A stretch of DNA of 36,643 bases, taken from positions 1 to 36,643 of IMG/VR virus record IMGVR_UViG_3300040801_001486. The stretch is one strand, 5' to 3'. Source of the DNA: a virus. The translations under genes were made by a program, and so were the position numbers. The notes beneath the pieces are model-generated. The model was given only the letters and a program-made list of their open reading frames with translations. It made no database searches and was not told where the DNA came from. Positions within the stretch are counted from its first letter, which is position 1. Each line of letters opens with the position of its first letter. Positions 33,068-36,643 of the stretch are shown here, piece by piece.

Positions 33068-33729
33068 GTGTTCGCAACGCAATCCGGCGGGGCTTCAGCG
33101 CGGCGGCGCGGCATGCGCCCACTGAGGTGACGATCTATCGCGTCACGTACCCGGCAGCAGACGATCCGTACTCACGCGAGGGCCAGCACTCGTTCACGAC
33201 GCACTACACGCGCGGGACGTTCGCGCCGTTGAGCACGGCGCACGAGCCGATCGAATCGCAGGGCATTCAAGGCGGCGTCGTGACACTCAACACCCGCCGC
33301 TTGGGCTTCGTGCCCTCGCAGGCGGACAAGATCAGCATCGGCGGCGTGGTGTTCAACGTGACGGACGTCCAGGAAGTGTTGGGGGAGGTGGCCAAGTGTA
33401 CGCTGCGTGGCCCCACGGTAGCGCCGCAGGCGGCCGCCCCCGGCGACATCACGCCGCCTTCGCTCGCATCGTCTGAACTGTTCTCTGGCACGGGCTTGTT
33501 TGCCTACACGGCCACCTTCACCGAGGCCGCCGAGTGGCGCGTGCGGTACGCCTTCAACTTCACCGGCCAGCTCACAACCGAAGACTGGAGCGGCACGACG
33601 GCGCTGACAACGGGCGCGCAGACGATCACCGACTTGCCCGCCGCAACGTACGGCGTCGAGATCCAGATGCGAGACGCGGACGGCAATACGTCCGGCTGGG
33701 AGTCGATGGGATCGGCGGTGGTGATATGA
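33064..33729 (+). CDS. Head-closure (head-tail joining) protein with a C-terminal Fn3-like domain
   Basis: 221 aa. The N-terminus VTIYRVTY…DPYSREG…ISIGGVVFNVTDV follows the head-tail joining pattern. The C-terminus TITDLPAATYGVEIQMRDADGNTSGWES is a typical Fn3 ending. Confidence 0.6.
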   Translation: MSVRNAIRRGFSAAARHAPTEVTIYRVTYPAADDPYSREGQHSFTTHYTRGTFAPLSTAHEPIESQGIQGGVVTLNTRRLGFVPSQADKISIGGVVFNVTDVQEVLGEVAKCTLRGPTVAPQAAAPGDITPPSLASSELFSGTGLFAYTATFTEAAEWRVRYAFNFTGQLTTEDWSGTTALTTGAQTITDLPAATYGVEIQMRDADGNTSGWESMGSAVVI

Positions 33730-34274
33730 AGATCCTGAGCGAAGTCGATACGCGCGGATTCGATGAGATGGTGCGCGAGGACTTGAAGCAACTCAAGGAC
33801 ATCGGCCAGCGCCGCAAGTACATCCGCAGGATGGTGCTGCGATTCGTACAGGGCGTCGTGCCGCGCACGCCTGTTGATACGGGCCGCGCGCGCGCAGGAT
33901 GGAGCGCGGCGGCGGGCAAGGTGGCGGGCATTCGCGGCGTGGCCAATCAGATCGAGATCGACGGCGGCGATCACGGCATGCAAGAGATCGGGCGGCGCGA
34001 ATCGTCGTACAAAGAGCGACTCGGCGGCAACGCGCCCTACGCGGAGATCACCAACGCGGCGCCCTACATCAGTTACTTGGAGCTTGGCAGCAGCGCGCAG
34101 GCTCCGAGCGGCTTCGTTCGGTTGACGTTGCGCGAGATGGGCGGCGACGCCAAGAAGATCTCGAAAGAGTACGTCATGGAGGCGCTGAAGAAGGCGAACG
34201 ACAAAGCCCGCGCGAAGATCGGACTACGGCAGGGCGTGCTTCGTGATGGTTCTAGCGTAGTCGGGAGGCTGTGA
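33726..34274 (+). CDS. HK97 gp10-like neck / tail-completion protein
   Basis: 182 aa from ATG 33726 (ATGA overlap). It carries the PRTPVDTGRARAGW motif typical of the HK97 gp10 family. Confidence 0.75.
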   Translation: MKILSEVDTRGFDEMVREDLKQLKDIGQRRKYIRRMVLRFVQGVVPRTPVDTGRARAGWSAAAGKVAGIRGVANQIEIDGGDHGMQEIGRRESSYKERLGGNAPYAEITNAAPYISYLELGSSAQAPSGFVRLTLREMGGDAKKISKEYVMEALKKANDKARAKIGLRQGVLRDGSSVVGRL

Positions 34275-34714
34275 TGGCAACGGCGCGCGTGGCAGACATC
34301 AAAGCGGCGGTTGAGTCGTATCTGCTCGACAACTGGCCGTTGCCTGCCGTTGCGTTCATTGCGTCCGGCTCTGACAGTGTGCGGCCGTTCAGCGGCAGCG
34401 CGGCGAAGACGTCCGTGTATGCACAGTGGGGCGCTTTCATTCCTGACGATCTGCGCGCGACGGAGGACATCGTGCGGTTCGATCTGCGGCTGATCGTGGA
34501 AGCGGCGAACAACGACCGCATGCACGCGGACGAGATCGCAGACGAGTTGCGCGGACTGACGCGCAACCGTGTCGTGGAGATGCTGGACCGTGACGATGAG
34601 AGCACGGCCGTTGGTTGGGTTCGCTTTGTTCGTGTCGGCGTCGATGATGCCGGGAGTGACGCACGCGGCAAGGGCGTGCGCGTGGTGACGATCGAAGGCT
34701 GGGCGCACGCCTAG
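34274..34714 (+). CDS. Neck / tail-terminator candidate (by position)
   Basis: 146 aa from ATG 34274 with GGGAGG 5 nt upstream. It lies between the gp10-like gene and the tail tube gene. Confidence 0.55.
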   Translation: MATARVADIKAAVESYLLDNWPLPAVAFIASGSDSVRPFSGSAAKTSVYAQWGAFIPDDLRATEDIVRFDLRLIVEAANNDRMHADEIADELRGLTRNRVVEMLDRDDESTAVGWVRFVRVGVDDAGSDARGKGVRVVTIEGWAHA

Positions 34715-34729
34715 CGGGAGGTATTGACG

Positions 34730-35269
34730 ATGGCGACGAATCTGCCCAGGAGTTACAAGGACATCACTTCGGTGATCTTCTCGGACGCCGACGGCGCGAA
34801 CGAAGTGTCCCTGACGCTCGAGAACGGGGACATCAACATCACTTGGCCGGACACGCACGAGCACGTTGCCGATCGTGGCGGCTACGGCAACATCATCGAC
34901 GGCAACGTGCAGCCGATGACCGTGACGATGAGTGTGCAGGTGAAGGAGTTCACCGGCTCGGCCGGTGTTCTGGACGCGGTGACTTGCACGGCTTCGGGCT
35001 GGGACTTCGACGTGATGGATACGTCCTCGGGTGACTACTCGGGCCTGACGCTCGCGTCGGGTACGGACACGCTCGCGGCCGTTGATACTAGCGTTGGCGT
35101 GTTCCAGATGCGGGCCGTGGTGACGGATCCGGGCGATGGCTCGACGCAGACGCTCTACTTCGCGAACTGCCGGTGCTCGCCGTCGTTCACCGAGGGCATG
35201 CCGTCGAACTTCACGCTCAACATCACGTCGTACATGAGTGCGCCGGCCTTCATGTCCAACATCGCGTAA
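34730..35269 (+). CDS. Major tail (tube) protein
   Basis: 179 aa from ATG 34730 with GGGAGG 8 nt upstream. It lies upstream of the chaperone and tape measure genes across the circular junction. Confidence 0.6.
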   Translation: MATNLPRSYKDITSVIFSDADGANEVSLTLENGDINITWPDTHEHVADRGGYGNIIDGNVQPMTVTMSVQVKEFTGSAGVLDAVTCTASGWDFDVMDTSSGDYSGLTLASGTDTLAAVDTSVGVFQMRAVVTDPGDGSTQTLYFANCRCSPSFTEGMPSNFTLNITSYMSAPAFMSNIA

Positions 35270-35281
35270 GGGGGTTCGGCC

Positions 35282-36616
35282 ATGGCTGAACTTCGGACAC
35301 TCAAGCACGGCCGCCTGTATCTGCTGAAGGATGGCAGTTATGCCGACGACTTCGCGCAGGCGGCCATTTCGTCGGGCGGCTTCTTTGAGAAGTCGGACGG
35401 GACGTGGGGTGTGCTGATGCAGGAAGGTGACGACCTGTACCAGTACGACGGTGCGGAGCCTGCCAGCATTCAGGCGGGCACGCCGTCGGCCAGCCTCAAC
35501 GCGGCCAATACGATCGCGCGCCCGACGTTCTACACGGGCAGCGATGGGCGCGTGCATTGTTGGTATGGCTACGACGAGGGCGCTGGAGTCAATGATCTAC
35601 GCTACACCTACACGGACAACGACGGCACGAGCTGGGCGGCGGCCGTAGATCTGAACATCGTCGGGGATCAGACGTGGTGTGATGACGATGTGTTCCCCGT
35701 GTACTTCGATCTGGACGGCGCGTCTGCGGGCCTGTCGATTCTGTGGTGCGTTGGCGTGAACGGCTCCACGTATTCACTCGGCAAGGTGTTCGTGGTGACG
35801 GCGGGCACCTTCAACACGCAGGTGGCATCGGCGGCGAATTACACGGCGTTCTTCTCAGGCGTTCTTGACACAGGCGGCACGCCGTCCGTGACGATGACGA
35901 AGCACAGGGGCTCGTACCACCTGTTTCGGCGCAACGGGTCGAACGGCGTGCGGTACTTCACAAGCTCCGATGGCGACACCTGGGGGCCGAGCGTCATCAA
36001 TCTCAATCTAGGCGCGTCGGGCTCGCAAGATGATGCGGGGTCATTGCCATACTCTGTCGTCGTGCATCGTGGTGCGTTCCATCTGATGTATGCCGGATCT
36101 GATGGGACGAATATTACGGCACGCCTCGCGATCGGCGAAGAGCCCGACGGCCTCGTCAAAGTCCCGTGGATGGACGTGGATACGTTCGGATCGGCGGATC
36201 TGCTGACGACGTACAGCGGTGACTTGACGTTCGCGGCGCAAGATCAGGCCATGCACACGATGGATCGTGGCGACTTCGGCGCGATCACCGAAGCACCGTA
36301 CGAGCCGCAGCCGATCAGCTTCACCGTTCGCCACGTCGGCGAATTGGATGCAACGGACGGGCAACTCGGGTGGCTTCTCGGCCAAGCAACCGGCAACGTC
36401 GGCGACGATGCGGTAGTGACGAACACTCGCGAGCTGGGCCGGTTGAACGTCGCGTACGTGCTCGAGGACGACGCGGGCACGCCCACCGAGTACTTCCTGT
36501 TTCCGCACGTCATCCCCGACAACGTGAGCTTGGCCGAAGGTGCTGACGGCAACGTCATCACGCTGACGGGGATGTATCACAACGTCAGCCGCCCACTGTG
36601 GGGGAGGATCGTCTAG
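35282..36616 (+). CDS. Tail tube paralog with an N-terminal Asp-box/beta-propeller-like extension
   Basis: 444 aa. Residues 1-300 carry recurring SDG-x-x-W motifs (KSDGTW, GSDGRVHCW, DNDGTSW, SSDGDTW, GSDGTNI). Residues 300-444 align by eye with the 34730..35269 product: HTMDRGDFGAI…EPQPISFTV matches HVADRGGYGNI…QPMTVTMSV, and TPTEYF…EG…NVITL matches TQTLYF…EG…NFTL. Confidence 0.75.
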   Translation: MAELRTLKHGRLYLLKDGSYADDFAQAAISSGGFFEKSDGTWGVLMQEGDDLYQYDGAEPASIQAGTPSASLNAANTIARPTFYTGSDGRVHCWYGYDEGAGVNDLRYTYTDNDGTSWAAAVDLNIVGDQTWCDDDVFPVYFDLDGASAGLSILWCVGVNGSTYSLGKVFVVTAGTFNTQVASAANYTAFFSGVLDTGGTPSVTMTKHRGSYHLFRRNGSNGVRYFTSSDGDTWGPSVINLNLGASGSQDDAGSLPYSVVVHRGAFHLMYAGSDGTNITARLAIGEEPDGLVKVPWMDVDTFGSADLLTTYSGDLTFAAQDQAMHTMDRGDFGAITEAPYEPQPISFTVRHVGELDATDGQLGWLLGQATGNVGDDAVVTNTRELGRLNVAYVLEDDAGTPTEYFLFPHVIPDNVSLAEGADGNVITLTGMYHNVSRPLWGRIV

Positions 36617-36643
36617 CGTGAAGATTCAAGGCCGCACCCATGA
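36527..36643. repeat. Terminal direct repeat, right copy (identical to 1..117).
   Basis: Same 117-nt string as 1..117. This indicates a circular assembly overlap or terminal redundancy. Confidence 0.95.

Noticed and set aside
34073-35557. 494-aa minus-strand ORF across the gp10-like, neck and tube genes
   Set aside because: It is antisense to four well-supported, translationally coupled + strand genes. It has an Arg-rich, low-complexity composition and would break the uniform gene orientation.
35282-36178. Calling the N-terminal module a bona fide sialidase
   Set aside because: The Asp-box-like motifs deviate from SxDxGxTW, and I saw no catalytic Arg triad or FRIP motif. Only a propeller-like repeat architecture is proposed.
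1-36643. Search by eye for CRISPR arrays, tRNA/tmRNA genes, integrase/attP, a reverse transcriptase/DGR, and toxin-antitoxin pairs
   Set aside because: No spaced direct-repeat array was found, and no intergenic gap is large enough for a tRNA (the only gap over 110 bp is the switch region). No recombinase or RT motifs were recognised. Absence is by inspection only and needs tRNAscan and HMM confirmation.

Overview
The window looks like one complete, high-GC (by eye, not computed) tailed-phage genome. Bases 1..117 are identical to 36527..36643, so the non-redundant unit is 36,526 bp, either circular or terminally redundant. About 60 tightly packed genes are present, often with ATGA or 8-nt stop/start overlaps. 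All are on the + strand except a short leftward regulatory operon at 7172..7767.

Modules in window order:
- Tail: G/T-like chaperone, tape measure, small tail protein, J-like hub (92..5741).
- Lysis-like: SLT transglycosylase flanked by single-TM coiled-coil proteins (5750..7096).
- Divergent regulatory switch with a lower-GC 400-bp intergenic region (7172..8261).
- Early region (8350..22566): winged-helix proteins, a single-chain Mre11/SbcD-Rad50/SbcC fusion, and about 4 kb of small ORFans including a tandem paralog array. It also holds Cys/His proteins, a second metallophosphoesterase, a ParB-like/DNA methyltransferase fusion, an initiator-like gene with internal iterons, and a RuvC-like resolvase.
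- Packaging and head (22592..34714): TerS, TerL, portal, scaffold, capsid, adaptor, SPP1 gp7/Mu F-like protein, head-closure protein, HK97 gp10-like protein.
- Tail tube gene plus an unusual tube paralog with an Asp-box/propeller-like extension (34730..36616).

I recognised no integrase, transposase, partition ATPase, DNA polymerase, helicase/primase, tRNA or CRISPR array.

All functional calls come from motifs read by eye and from gene order. No database search was run. Many long ORFs opposite the coding strand are treated as high-GC artefacts.
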